From positions 1 to 64,000 of the forward strand of contig JABWCP010000003.1 in the NCBI GenBank assembly GCA_013360215.1: DNA of 64,000 nt, read 5' to 3'. This document shows, piece by piece, positions 16,573 to 26,296 of this stretch. The stretch comes from a bacterium (GTDB lineage: Bacteria > CLD3 > SB21). Below the pieces are notes generated by a model. That model saw only the letters and a list, made by a program, of their open reading frames with translations. It had not been told where the DNA came from and searched no databases. Within the stretch, counting starts at the first letter, position 1, and each line of letters opens with the position of its first letter. A program made the translations under genes and the position numbers.

Positions 16573-19413
16573 TTACGTAATCGAAAAAAAAGTCGTCAGA
16601 TTATTCATCAGCACCTCTTCACTTGGCATCCGCAAAGCCTGAACCGGCAGTGAACGCATGAAATACGATCCGTAACTTTTAGTTACCACGCGATTATCAA
16701 AAACAAGAGCAACGCCGCGATCCGAGCGGCTGCGAATCAATCGGCCGAACCCTTGGCGAAATTTGATCACCGCTTCCGGTACCGAATAATCAAAAAATGA
16801 TTTTCCGCCTTGCGCGTCAATACGCTCCATCTTGGCCGCCACCAGCGGATCGGACGGAACTTCAAACGGCAACTTGGTAATAACCAAAATTTCCAAAGCA
16901 CTTCCCGGCACATCCACACCTTCCCAAAAACTATCCGTTCCGAAAAGTACCGACACGCGTTCCCGTCGAAAATGCTCCGTCAGTTGTGTACGCGACGCAT
17001 CGCGTCCCTGCATGAGAAGCGGAATACCTGCCGCATTCAACGGATCACGCAGTTGATAATAACAACTGTTCATCATCTGATACGACGTAAAAAGCACCAG
17101 CATGCCGCGCCGCGTTTCGAGCGTAATGCGCTTCAGGAGTTCGGCACACGCGTCGTTGTACTTCGGTGATTGCGGTTCCGGCAAAAATGTCGGCACCAGA
17201 ATGCGGCTTTGATTTTTATAGTCAAATGGCGAATCGGCGGTAAATTCCTGCACTTTTTCTGAACGCATCGCATCCAAACCGATACGGCGTTTGTAATAAT
17301 TAAATTGCCCCGCCACGGACAATGTGGCCGACGAAAATACACAGGTTTTTAATTTTTCTAAAAGTGTGTTTCGTAAAATATCCGCGATATTGAGCGGCAC
17401 GGCATAAAACCGCATGTCGTAAGAACGCTCCTTGGGTGGCATTTCGTACCAATACACATAATCTTTATTTGCACCTTCCGTCAGAAAATCCACGGTCTTG
17501 AGCAGCGCATCCAATTCATCCGTGCGCAGTATAATAAGATCACGCATTTCTTCTGCACCGTCCATCGCATCCGTCGGCCACTGGCGCATCGTTTCGCTCA
17601 ATACATCCAACGCCTGATGCAGCTTGACTGCTTTTTCATGCATCAGATCCACATCATCGGCAACCCGCAACAGCAAACTGTCTGTCGGGCCGTAACGCAC
17701 GCGGCGTTCTCCGCGCACGGCTTTATCGCCTTGCATGGCAAATTCTGTTTTGCGCAGCGCCTCGGTGGTCAACCGCTGAAACAGTGCTTGCGCCGCGAGC
17801 CAAAACTGTACGCACGCATCCGTCCCCGTCTGTATCTGTGATAAGAATGCCGACTGAAGCGCATCCGACAAACGGCTTTTCTGAAGCTTCTGCCGAAGCT
17901 GAATCAATACGCCGGTTTCCGTCTGATCGCGCTCGTATAGCTTGGAAGTCAGACCGCGCACCGCCCACAGCGAAAACTCGGCGCCGAGATAATTCTGCGC
18001 CACTTTTTCGACATTATGCGCTTCATCTAGCACAAGGTTATGGTAATCGCCCAATATCGCGTTATCGGAAACAAGATCGGAAAAAAGCAAGGCATGGTTG
18101 ACGACGACGACATGCGCTTGTTTGGCTTCTTCGCGGATTTTACGAACAAAACAATCTTCGGAACGGCTGCAGCGCTGCGCCTGACAATATGCGCTTTCGG
18201 AGGCGAGTTTGTGCCACACGCCGGGATTGGCCTCGGCCTGAAATCCTACGCATTCGCTGATGTCTCCCGTCCGGGTTCTATGAATCCAAAACAAAATCGG
18301 TAATAATTTTTCACGCTCCTGCGGCTGTACATGACTACCGGCATCGGCCGTGATGTGCGTCCATTTTTTCATACAGATATAATTGCTCCGACCTTTGAGC
18401 AACACGGCGCGGAATCCGAATGGCAGCGTGCGAGCCAGAAGCGGAATGTCTTTGTAAAAAAGTTGATCCTGAAGATTTTTGGTGTGCGTACTGATAACGA
18501 CTTGTTCACCCAAAGCGTTATTGTACGATGCCCAGTGGATTGCCGGGATCAGATACGCCAGCGATTTGCCGGTACCTGTACCCGCCTCTGCAAGAATATG
18601 CTGCGACGCGTTGAATGCGGAATTGATCGCAACCGTGAGGCGCGTTTGTTCGGCGCGCTCTTCGTACGCTTCCATACTACGGCTCAGTCCGCCTTGCGGT
18701 GAGAAAAAACGGCGTATGTCGCTGTCGGGAACCGAATGGATCGTATCGGAAAAAAAGCCCCCGTCGGCCACACCGATTACATTGGGTGCTGGTGTCGGCC
18801 ACTGCACTTCGGGGAAAATGAAATGAATATTTTTACCATCCCGAATATAGTCCGCCAAACCGCGCAGAATGCGTTTCAGCGGGCTTTTACTGTGCTCCAA
18901 AAAGCGGTTGGCCTGCGAAACGATACGCGGTTCCATGCGTGCAAGCGATTCGATCAACTGGTAAAAGATCAATATGACGGCTTCGCTCGACGCGGGGTTT
19001 TCACCTTCGGGAAAAGTAAAGTACACCGCCAATTCTTCGAGCGTAGCAAATGAGATCACCGGCAAAAGTGTTGAAGCCAACCGCTGCAAATCCCAACATT
19101 CATTCATCAGGAAAGGCGAAGCACGATCTTTATTATCATACATCGCGTGGAATGACGCGTGCAAAAAATCTATGTCCGCCGACGAAAATAAAACTAGCGG
19201 CACATCCCCGATCGTATCTTGTAAACGGCGTAACACCGCTTCGCGCGTATCATCGGAAGCGCAGGCTTCGTCCAATACGACGGTGATTTTTCCATCGATA
19301 AATTGCGCTACGGCGACGTGCGTGATCGCATCTTCCCAGATGTCACCTCCCGTGCGACGAAGCGCGATCCCGTAAAAATGTTGGAGCCGGATGGCGGATA
19401 ATAATGATTTCAA
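16573..19413 (-). CDS. dinG: DinG-family Fe-S helicase with degenerate N-terminal DEDDh exonuclease domain
   Basis: EAGTGTGKS, DEAH, SAT, FWEGVD, QGFGRLIR; four Fe-S Cys. Confidence 0.9.
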   Translation of the reverse strand: MKSLLSAIRLQHFYGIALRRTGGDIWEDAITHVAVAQFIDGKITVVLDEACASDDTREAVLRRLQDTIGDVPLVLFSSADIDFLHASFHAMYDNKDRASPFLMNECWDLQRLASTLLPVISFATLEELAVYFTFPEGENPASSEAVILIFYQLIESLARMEPRIVSQANRFLEHSKSPLKRILRGLADYIRDGKNIHFIFPEVQWPTPAPNVIGVADGGFFSDTIHSVPDSDIRRFFSPQGGLSRSMEAYEERAEQTRLTVAINSAFNASQHILAEAGTGTGKSLAYLIPAIHWASYNNALGEQVVISTHTKNLQDQLFYKDIPLLARTLPFGFRAVLLKGRSNYICMKKWTHITADAGSHVQPQEREKLLPILFWIHRTRTGDISECVGFQAEANPGVWHKLASESAYCQAQRCSRSEDCFVRKIREEAKQAHVVVVNHALLFSDLVSDNAILGDYHNLVLDEAHNVEKVAQNYLGAEFSLWAVRGLTSKLYERDQTETGVLIQLRQKLQKSRLSDALQSAFLSQIQTGTDACVQFWLAAQALFQRLTTEALRKTEFAMQGDKAVRGERRVRYGPTDSLLLRVADDVDLMHEKAVKLHQALDVLSETMRQWPTDAMDGAEEMRDLIILRTDELDALLKTVDFLTEGANKDYVYWYEMPPKERSYDMRFYAVPLNIADILRNTLLEKLKTCVFSSATLSVAGQFNYYKRRIGLDAMRSEKVQEFTADSPFDYKNQSRILVPTFLPEPQSPKYNDACAELLKRITLETRRGMLVLFTSYQMMNSCYYQLRDPLNAAGIPLLMQGRDASRTQLTEHFRRERVSVLFGTDSFWEGVDVPGSALEILVITKLPFEVPSDPLVAAKMERIDAQGGKSFFDYSVPEAVIKFRQGFGRLIRSRSDRGVALVFDNRVVTKSYGSYFMRSLPVQALRMPSEEVLMNNLTTFFSIT

Positions 19414-19524
19414 AAGCGGTATTTTGTTTTATGGTGCGACTGCAAAATCCGATCGGCATTCCGCGCAACAAAAACAATTCCGAATTGACAATGCGCGGTG
19501 CTGTAGCTAAATTTATCAAAATTC

Positions 19525-19797
19525 ATGAGAAATGAAACGGCTATGACGGACGAATTTAAAACACAATGTGTAACGCTGGCACGTGAAATCCAAGAAGCCC
19601 TGACAACGCTGGAAGTGGCGGCCGATCCGAGTTCAGAAGAACGTGAACGCATCGAGGCGAAAAATGTAGTCGCCAATGTCCTGCGCAGCTATAAAAGCTT
19701 GATCGAAAATCTGAGCGGCACGGATAAAACAGAAGCCAGCAAACTGCTGCACAAAAAAATCGAAGATATGGCGTTGAAAGCTAAACATCTTCGCTAG
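19525..19797 (+). CDS. Small helical hypothetical protein
   Basis: Clean ORF in the gap between dinG and the rmlD-like gene. Confidence 0.65.
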   Translation: MRNETAMTDEFKTQCVTLAREIQEALTTLEVAADPSSEERERIEAKNVVANVLRSYKSLIENLSGTDKTEASKLLHKKIEDMALKAKHLR

Positions 19798-19808
19798 TCG
19801 CAGGTTTA

Positions 19809-20702
19809 TCAATACCCTTCGATCTCCCGCTTAAGCCCTTCCTCCGGTGCGAGCAGTTTCGTCGTTAATATGTTTTGCGCTTGCGTTATTTTCAGCGATA
19901 CATTAGCCGGTCGTTTGGCGCCGCCGGGCATCTGTGCCATTGTTATTTTTTTAATGCTGGGATTTTTAACCTGCATCGCACGCGCCAGTATTTGACCAAA
20001 CTCATAACGGCTCACCGCCTGCGGGCCGCCTAAGTGCAAAAGCCCTTCAAACGATAAACCCGCCAGTTCCAACAAACAAGCCGCCGCATTGGATGCCGAC
20101 ATCACCGAACGGATTTGATCGGTGAACAATTTCAATTCCGACGACTGACGCAATGCCCTGGTCATTTCTGTGAAAAAATTTTCTTTACCGTTGAGATTGG
20201 AACCGTACAGATTGGCTAACCGCACAATTACAAAATGACCGTCTTTCATCACTTCGCGTACGGCCTGTTCCCCTTCGAGCTTGCTGTCTGCATAAAAATT
20301 GAGCGGCTGCGGCGTATCGCTTTCCGCGTAATTTCCTTGCACCCCGTCAAACACCAGATCGGTCGACGTATAGATCAGTCGCGCTTTGTTTTGCGCGGCG
20401 TACTCCGCAAGGCTTTGCGTAACAGATACATTGACTTGCCAGGCTTCTAATTTATTCTTTTCACAAATATCCGGCGATGCCAATGCCAATGTATGTAGAA
20501 TATGTGTCGGCGCGATACGCTCGATGATTGCACCTACGGGTTGGCGTGCATCCATCGGGTACCAAAAGACCTTGTGAAAATTGGGACGCTGGGAATAGTT
20601 GGTCGCATGGACTTCATCCCACGCGCCGGAGGCGATAGCCTGACGTACCAAATGGCTTCCGAGCGTACCCGTACCGCCGGTGATCAGTAGTTTTTTGGCC
20701 AT
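19809..20702 (-). CDS. dTDP-4-dehydrorhamnose reductase-like SDR
   Basis: ITGGTGTLG, STDLVFDG, YADSK. Confidence 0.88.
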   Translation of the reverse strand: MAKKLLITGGTGTLGSHLVRQAIASGAWDEVHATNYSQRPNFHKVFWYPMDARQPVGAIIERIAPTHILHTLALASPDICEKNKLEAWQVNVSVTQSLAEYAAQNKARLIYTSTDLVFDGVQGNYAESDTPQPLNFYADSKLEGEQAVREVMKDGHFVIVRLANLYGSNLNGKENFFTEMTRALRQSSELKLFTDQIRSVMSASNAAACLLELAGLSFEGLLHLGGPQAVSRYEFGQILARAMQVKNPSIKKITMAQMPGGAKRPANVSLKITQAQNILTTKLLAPEEGLKREIEGY

Positions 20703-20708
20703 ACGAAT

Positions 20709-21551
20709 TTACGTAAACCAAGATTTGAACCAACGCGGGCCGCGGCGACGCGTCAGAAATTGAGGATATTCCGTTTTGAGCCAGTGCTGTGCTTCCGCGT
20801 AGTGCACAAAACGTTTTTCTTCCTGCTGAAATGCGCGCGAATGAATGATCTGCCGCCCTTCGTCATACACGACGGGGTGCTTGTGATGCAGCATTTCATG
20901 ATATACGATCGCCGTGACGACAGCCGGCGGAACGTCCGGGTGATCCAGCACCGGACTCATAATGATCATCTGTGCCGATCGGTCATAGTGCCCAAGGCGT
21001 GTTCGTGCTTTTTGCAAACTCCATCCGATCTGCACCTGCGCCATATTCCGATCAAAATACACGGCATCCAGTTGATCTTTAATCTGCGCGAGATCGTACA
21101 CCCGTCCTTTTGGCGGGGCAAACCGTTTGACTGTAGGCTTAGTTCCAGTTTCCTTTTCCCGGCTCAGACGCCATTCCGCGTCTTTGTAATACTGCAAGAT
21201 CGTATCCGGACAACGCACGCCAAAAATTTTGGACCACAGCACATGCGCCAATGCTTCAAAAAATTGCGCCGGTTCCGTACGCGCAATGGCGCTGATACGC
21301 ACGCGAGCCGTATGATCCCGGATTTGCATCGTATGTTTAAACTGTGTGTAGTTATAAAATGACACTTCGATGCGCGTCACCGAAATCCATCGTCGGCTCT
21401 GCGACTTGTATGTACGATACACCGATAAAAAGATGGCTTGCACGGACTCGACCGCGTCGTTCGGAACAAGCGTATCCTGCGCTTCCGTACGATTGAGCCG
21501 AGGAAGATGATACAGATGAAAGTCTAATTGACGCAGTTTGGTGTCTCCCAT
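20709..21551 (-). CDS. SprT/YgjP-like zinc metalloprotease
   Basis: IVYHEMLH zinc motif with downstream HSRAF; RLGHYD. Confidence 0.8.
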   Translation of the reverse strand: MGDTKLRQLDFHLYHLPRLNRTEAQDTLVPNDAVESVQAIFLSVYRTYKSQSRRWISVTRIEVSFYNYTQFKHTMQIRDHTARVRISAIARTEPAQFFEALAHVLWSKIFGVRCPDTILQYYKDAEWRLSREKETGTKPTVKRFAPPKGRVYDLAQIKDQLDAVYFDRNMAQVQIGWSLQKARTRLGHYDRSAQMIIMSPVLDHPDVPPAVVTAIVYHEMLHHKHPVVYDEGRQIIHSRAFQQEEKRFVHYAEAQHWLKTEYPQFLTRRRGPRWFKSWFT

Positions 21552-21885
21552 ATAGCCAACCTAAGAACGGGCATGCAAAAAAGCAAGGCTGAGCTGTAAT
21601 GGGGTATGTTCGCTTGACAAGTTGATCGATAGATCGCACTTCATACCTCTTCTCGATCAAAAAACCTCACAATAACCCATTCTATTCTCAATCACAGCTT
21701 AAACGAACTATTGCCCCAGCATGAGACAGTCCTCCCGTCATGATACATTAACTCAATACTACATCTTTATGTAAAATAACCATAAGACTTTGAAATAAAA
21801 TGACTTATGCGTACCGAAAAATGCGGCATAACATTTGTTAATAAATAAACCGAGCAAAAAACAATAACTTCTGTACAAGAATTAG

Positions 21886-22125
21886 ATGATGCATACTATG
21901 GAAATCATGTCGGAAAACATTCAAGGAGACGAAATGGCGAGCAAGGGCAGAGTCGCTTTACGGGCTTTGGGATTTATGATACTGGCGCTGATCATTGCCT
22001 CGATTGCCGTGATATTCAATGCACCTTCGATACTGATGGGTATTACCGGGATTCTTTTTCCAATCGGGCTTTTTATCATGCTGCTTGTCGCGTTTTACCT
22101 TTTAATCCTGAGCACCAAAGGCTGA
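21886..22125 (+). CDS. Small two-TM membrane protein
   Basis: Two hydrophobic helices; AGGAG before an internal ATG (about 21934) suggests a shorter start. Confidence 0.6.
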   Translation: MMHTMEIMSENIQGDEMASKGRVALRALGFMILALIIASIAVIFNAPSILMGITGILFPIGLFIMLLVAFYLLILSTKG

Positions 22126-22305
22126 AGCATTACATCGGTTACAATATTGCTAATCGAGTTTTAATTTCTCCCGTTCTTTTTATCTACTGTTTATCCTGAT
22201 GTTTTTCAGCGAATAGCGCCTACCCCGAATTCCGGATATTTCCTCTTTTGATTTTGCACATTCGTTTCTTTTTTTCTATACTCTTCTTAAAAAATTCCTT
22301 CAAAA

Positions 22306-23259
22306 ATGCCTGCATCCTCGAGTAAAACACTTCGACGCCTTGATTATTTTTTCATTCTCCGACCTATTTTATTCATTCCCGGTTGGACTACGACATTAGC
22401 AGGATATATGGCGGCTACAGGCCAAGCAAAGCATTGGCCGGTATGGAACGGGTTATGGTATCCGGATATGATGGGACTCTTTATTTCCACGGCCATGCTG
22501 ATGGGCAGCGGATTTTTGGTCAATCAGCTGCGCGATATCGAAACCGATCGTATTAATAAAAAACTTTTTTTTCTTCACGACGGTTCAGTAAATCCCCGCA
22601 TACTTATTTTACAAGCCATTTTATTATCCGTCGGTTGTTTAGTGATGGCTTCATTTTGGGGTGAACGCATGCTGGTCGTTCATTTTTTCGGCTGGCTTTT
22701 GATTGCGGTTTTATACAATCTCCCGCCGTTTCGCCTCAAAGATCGGGCCGTGACGGGACTTTTAGCGAATGCCGGTATGGGCGTTTTTGCGTTGGCTTAC
22801 GGATGGGCACTGAGCGATCAATCCTGGCTTTTATTTTTGATAACGGGGTTTCCCTATTTTATTTTCAATGGAGCGCTTTGCGTTCTCACAATGATCCCCG
22901 ATACGGAAGGCGATGCGGCTACATCCAAAAAAACATTCACCGTGCGATACGGCGTTACGTTTAGTATGTATACGGCATTTATTCTTTTTTGTATAGCAGC
23001 TATCACGGCTTTCATTCTGGACCAATACGTGCTGCTCGTCGTTTTGGTATCCGTCATCCCGATGTTTATTTTTATGGTCATTCGTAAAACAAAACCCGAT
23101 GCAATTCGTGCTTTGAAATTCAGCATATTTTCTTTTACTTCTTTAGTCGCGATGTATTTTCCTTTTTATATTATCCTGTTGATCTTTCTTTTTGTATGTA
23201 CGCGATGGTATTTCAAAGCGCGGTTTGATTTTGATTATCCCAATTTACAAGGCCGGTAG
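22306..23259 (+). CDS. UbiA family prenyltransferase
   Basis: NQLRDIETDRINK, YNLPPFRLK, PDTEGD motifs. Confidence 0.9.
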   Translation: MPASSSKTLRRLDYFFILRPILFIPGWTTTLAGYMAATGQAKHWPVWNGLWYPDMMGLFISTAMLMGSGFLVNQLRDIETDRINKKLFFLHDGSVNPRILILQAILLSVGCLVMASFWGERMLVVHFFGWLLIAVLYNLPPFRLKDRAVTGLLANAGMGVFALAYGWALSDQSWLLFLITGFPYFIFNGALCVLTMIPDTEGDAATSKKTFTVRYGVTFSMYTAFILFCIAAITAFILDQYVLLVVLVSVIPMFIFMVIRKTKPDAIRALKFSIFSFTSLVAMYFPFYIILLIFLFVCTRWYFKARFDFDYPNLQGR

Positions 23260-23261
23260 TT

Positions 23262-24341
23262 ATGCGTTCCTTTTTTTCATACGTGATCGCCATGTGTATA
23301 ATAATAGCCGCATGCGCGTTGATCCCCGTCGAACGGTTTTTTCATTATATCATGGACACGGGCAGCATCGAACAAACCGTACGTCAGTCCGGTTTGTACG
23401 GTAAACTGATACAACAGGCTACACGTAATGTGACGCAGCATCGGCAGTTTAAAAAACTCGAATCTACGGCGCTGGCGTTAAGCACGGAGGAAATACAGCG
23501 GTTGATGACTAAAACCTTTGCCGAGGATTGGTTTTACACGTCCCTCCGCACGGCGCATCTTGATCTGATCAACCCGCTTAATGCAGAACCTTCCCAAAAT
23601 GATCATGTCGGTTATGTCATCATCACCGATAAAAAAGATTTGTTGCTCGAAAATCTGGTACAGATCATCGAAAACAAGATGGATGCTTTGCCGGAATGTT
23701 CACCCCGGCAAACCCTTGCTATGGCCGGACAGTATATGCGGAATAACGGCAAAATTACGCTGGATAAAATAAAACTGGACTGTAAACCGCCGCAGTCACT
23801 TGCCTCGGAGGTGCGCGCTATCATACGCCAGGAAGTTTCACAAGGACTCACGGCGTTACCGGATACCATCTACTATTTACAGTGGATGGATGAAAAAAAT
23901 TCGAAAATGCAGCATAAGGACTTTATTGAAGCGGGCACTACGATGCGCAATGTCCGTTTAGGTAGCATCATCCTGCTTTTTGCAGGAATGCTCATACTCG
24001 TGGTGATCAATTTTAACAACAAAAAACAACTCCTCGTGCGCACGGCTTTACCTCTGATACTCACAGGGCTTTTATTGGGTGGCGGTGTATGGTTTGGAAT
24101 CCGATATTTTGAGGACCCGACCCATGCGGATATATTTAAGATAGAGGGGCCTGCGACGATTAATAAACAACCTATGAACACCGACACGGCCAATATCATA
24201 TTGGGTGTGGTAAAAACATTTTTTCTGGACTACATGCGCAGTATTTTTTACACCTGCTTGGTCATTGGCAGTATCGGCCTGATGATGCTGGTGAGCAGCC
24301 GCTATGTGCACGACGAACATACGGAGACCGGCGCCTCATGA
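23262..24341 (+). CDS. Membrane protein of unknown function
   Basis: N-terminal TM, soluble domain with a Cys pair, three C-terminal TMs; coupled to neighbours. Confidence 0.7.
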   Translation: MRSFFSYVIAMCIIIAACALIPVERFFHYIMDTGSIEQTVRQSGLYGKLIQQATRNVTQHRQFKKLESTALALSTEEIQRLMTKTFAEDWFYTSLRTAHLDLINPLNAEPSQNDHVGYVIITDKKDLLLENLVQIIENKMDALPECSPRQTLAMAGQYMRNNGKITLDKIKLDCKPPQSLASEVRAIIRQEVSQGLTALPDTIYYLQWMDEKNSKMQHKDFIEAGTTMRNVRLGSIILLFAGMLILVVINFNNKKQLLVRTALPLILTGLLLGGGVWFGIRYFEDPTHADIFKIEGPATINKQPMNTDTANIILGVVKTFFLDYMRSIFYTCLVIGSIGLMMLVSSRYVHDEHTETGAS

Positions 24342-25123
24342 AAGGTTTCCTCCATGCCGCACTGACAGCGCTCGAACGTTACAACCGCATCGCTATCGCT
24401 ACTGTAGTACGTGCCAGCGGCTCTACACCGCGCGCCGCCGGTGCCAAAATGCTCATTTTTCCGGATGGCACGGCACAGTTTACTATAGGCGGCGGACTTT
24501 TCGAATCTCTGGTAATCAAAGACGCTTTAGAAGTTTTACAATCCGGCAAACCCATAACCCGCACATATGCGTTCACACTCGACGGTCAGCATGCCATCGG
24601 TGCCGTGTGCGGCGGAAGTGTGGAGGTTTTAATCGAAGCGATGCACAATACCCCTCAACTCTGGATTATCGGCGGCGGTCATATCGGGCAAGCTCTGATG
24701 CGAGCGGCTGCACCGCTGCATTTCACGATCAATCTTTTTGAAGATCGTGCCGAATACGCACGTACGCCGCATGACTTGCCGCACGTGCGTGCACATCATG
24801 TCGCGGCCGACTACCATGATATGCCCGAGCCGGGCGATGACACGTTTGTGTGCATCGTCACCAAAGGTTATATCACGGACGAAGCCGCACTCCGTCGCGT
24901 AATTCGCAGCCGCGCTCACTACATCGGTTTTCTCGGCAGCCGACGCAAAATCCACACCGTTTTTGAAAATATGAAGCGCGACGGATTTGAAGACAAATTA
25001 TTCGAACGTATATACGCCCCGATTGGCGAGTCAATTCATGCCGACGCTCCGGAAGAGATCGCGATCAGTATTCTTGCGCAGATCATTCGTGTAAAAAATC
25101 AGGTATTCACCGTTGAATCATGA
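24338..25123 (+). CDS. XdhC/CoxI family molybdoenzyme maturation factor
   Basis: GSTPR..GAKM, TIGGG, CGG, GGGHIG, YIGFLGSRRK, PEEIAISI. Confidence 0.9.
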   Translation: MKGFLHAALTALERYNRIAIATVVRASGSTPRAAGAKMLIFPDGTAQFTIGGGLFESLVIKDALEVLQSGKPITRTYAFTLDGQHAIGAVCGGSVEVLIEAMHNTPQLWIIGGGHIGQALMRAAAPLHFTINLFEDRAEYARTPHDLPHVRAHHVAADYHDMPEPGDDTFVCIVTKGYITDEAALRRVIRSRAHYIGFLGSRRKIHTVFENMKRDGFEDKLFERIYAPIGESIHADAPEEIAISILAQIIRVKNQVFTVES

Positions 25124-25898
25124 CTGGGATAACATAAAAAACTGGTCGCTCGCCCGCGGCAACTTTCATACGACCGGTTACACCATCATCACACTGGACG
25201 CGATCGGTTCGACCAACGAATACCTCAAACAACTCTGGCGTGATGAAAAAGCGCAACACGGATGCCTCGTCATAGCCGATACCCAGACGGCCGGCAAAGG
25301 ACGCCTGGGACGCACTTGGGAATCACCGCCCGGTTCAGGTTTATGGATGTCCCTGCTTATCAAACCTTCGCTGTCGCCGGATAAACATTTTGCCTATTCT
25401 TTTGCAGCGGCTGTCGCTGTCGCTGAAGCCATCGAACAGACTACACGTCTTCGCCCCGAGCTCAAATGGCCCAATGATGTTTTGCTTTGCCAAAAAAAAT
25501 GCTGCGGCATTTTACTGGAATCGGTTACAACCGGTTCTGAACCATGGATTATCGTCGGCATCGGCATCAATGTGACGCAAGAGAGTTTTCCCGACGCCTT
25601 ATCGGATACGGCGATCTCGCTTCAGCAGGCTCACGCCGCACCCGTACATCGCCTTCAATTATTACAAAATTTGATTCCCGCACTGCAATCTAATTTCAGT
25701 TCAGACAGCCGTGAAATTTTGATCAAATGGCAATCCTACTGCCGTATGTTTGGCGCCATGGTCAGCGTGTTTCAGCAAGATAGTGTGATGGAAGCTAAAG
25801 CCGTCGGCTTAGCTCCGGACGGAGGATTGGTCGTAGAAAATGAGGGAAAACGAATAAAAGTATATGCGGCCGATGTCAAAATACGTTTAAAAAACTAA
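25113..25898 (+). CDS. birA: Biotin--protein ligase (no HTH domain)
   Basis: STN, QTAGKGRLGRTW, KWPND, GIGIN. Confidence 0.92.
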   Translation: MNHDWDNIKNWSLARGNFHTTGYTIITLDAIGSTNEYLKQLWRDEKAQHGCLVIADTQTAGKGRLGRTWESPPGSGLWMSLLIKPSLSPDKHFAYSFAAAVAVAEAIEQTTRLRPELKWPNDVLLCQKKCCGILLESVTTGSEPWIIVGIGINVTQESFPDALSDTAISLQQAHAAPVHRLQLLQNLIPALQSNFSSDSREILIKWQSYCRMFGAMVSVFQQDSVMEAKAVGLAPDGGLVVENEGKRIKVYAADVKIRLKN

Positions 25899-26260
25899 CG
25901 CCCTACGCGATACCGTTGCACGGCGGATTCTCCCAACAAAAGCCCCAGCACCGCCGACGACATTAATACCAGTACGTTCATAAAAAACAGTTCGGCCAGT
26001 TCGTGAGCATGGTGTGCAAACGACGAAACGGCTATGGTATTGAGTATGAGAAATAATGAAGGAATAGACCACTTACGAATGAGATAACACATACGAATGT
26101 GTGTATTGTCGCGCCAGATCGAGGGATTGGCCCACCCGTTGCGGGCCGCTAAAACCCGCTCGGATACGATCAGTAAGATAAAAAATTCGATACAGGATAG
26201 GATAAAATATTCGCTCATAATGCCTTTATCCGCTGTGATAACTTCAAGAACATTATACAT
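25895..26260 (-). CDS. Small membrane protein
   Basis: Three hydrophobic segments; downstream of the deaminase on the same strand. Confidence 0.5.
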   Translation of the reverse strand: MYNVLEVITADKGIMSEYFILSCIEFFILLIVSERVLAARNGWANPSIWRDNTHIRMCYLIRKWSIPSLFLILNTIAVSSFAHHAHELAELFFMNVLVLMSSAVLGLLLGESAVQRYRVGR

Positions 26261-26296
26261 GCGATGTACCTTTCCGGTTAAGTTTTTTTTAACTTT

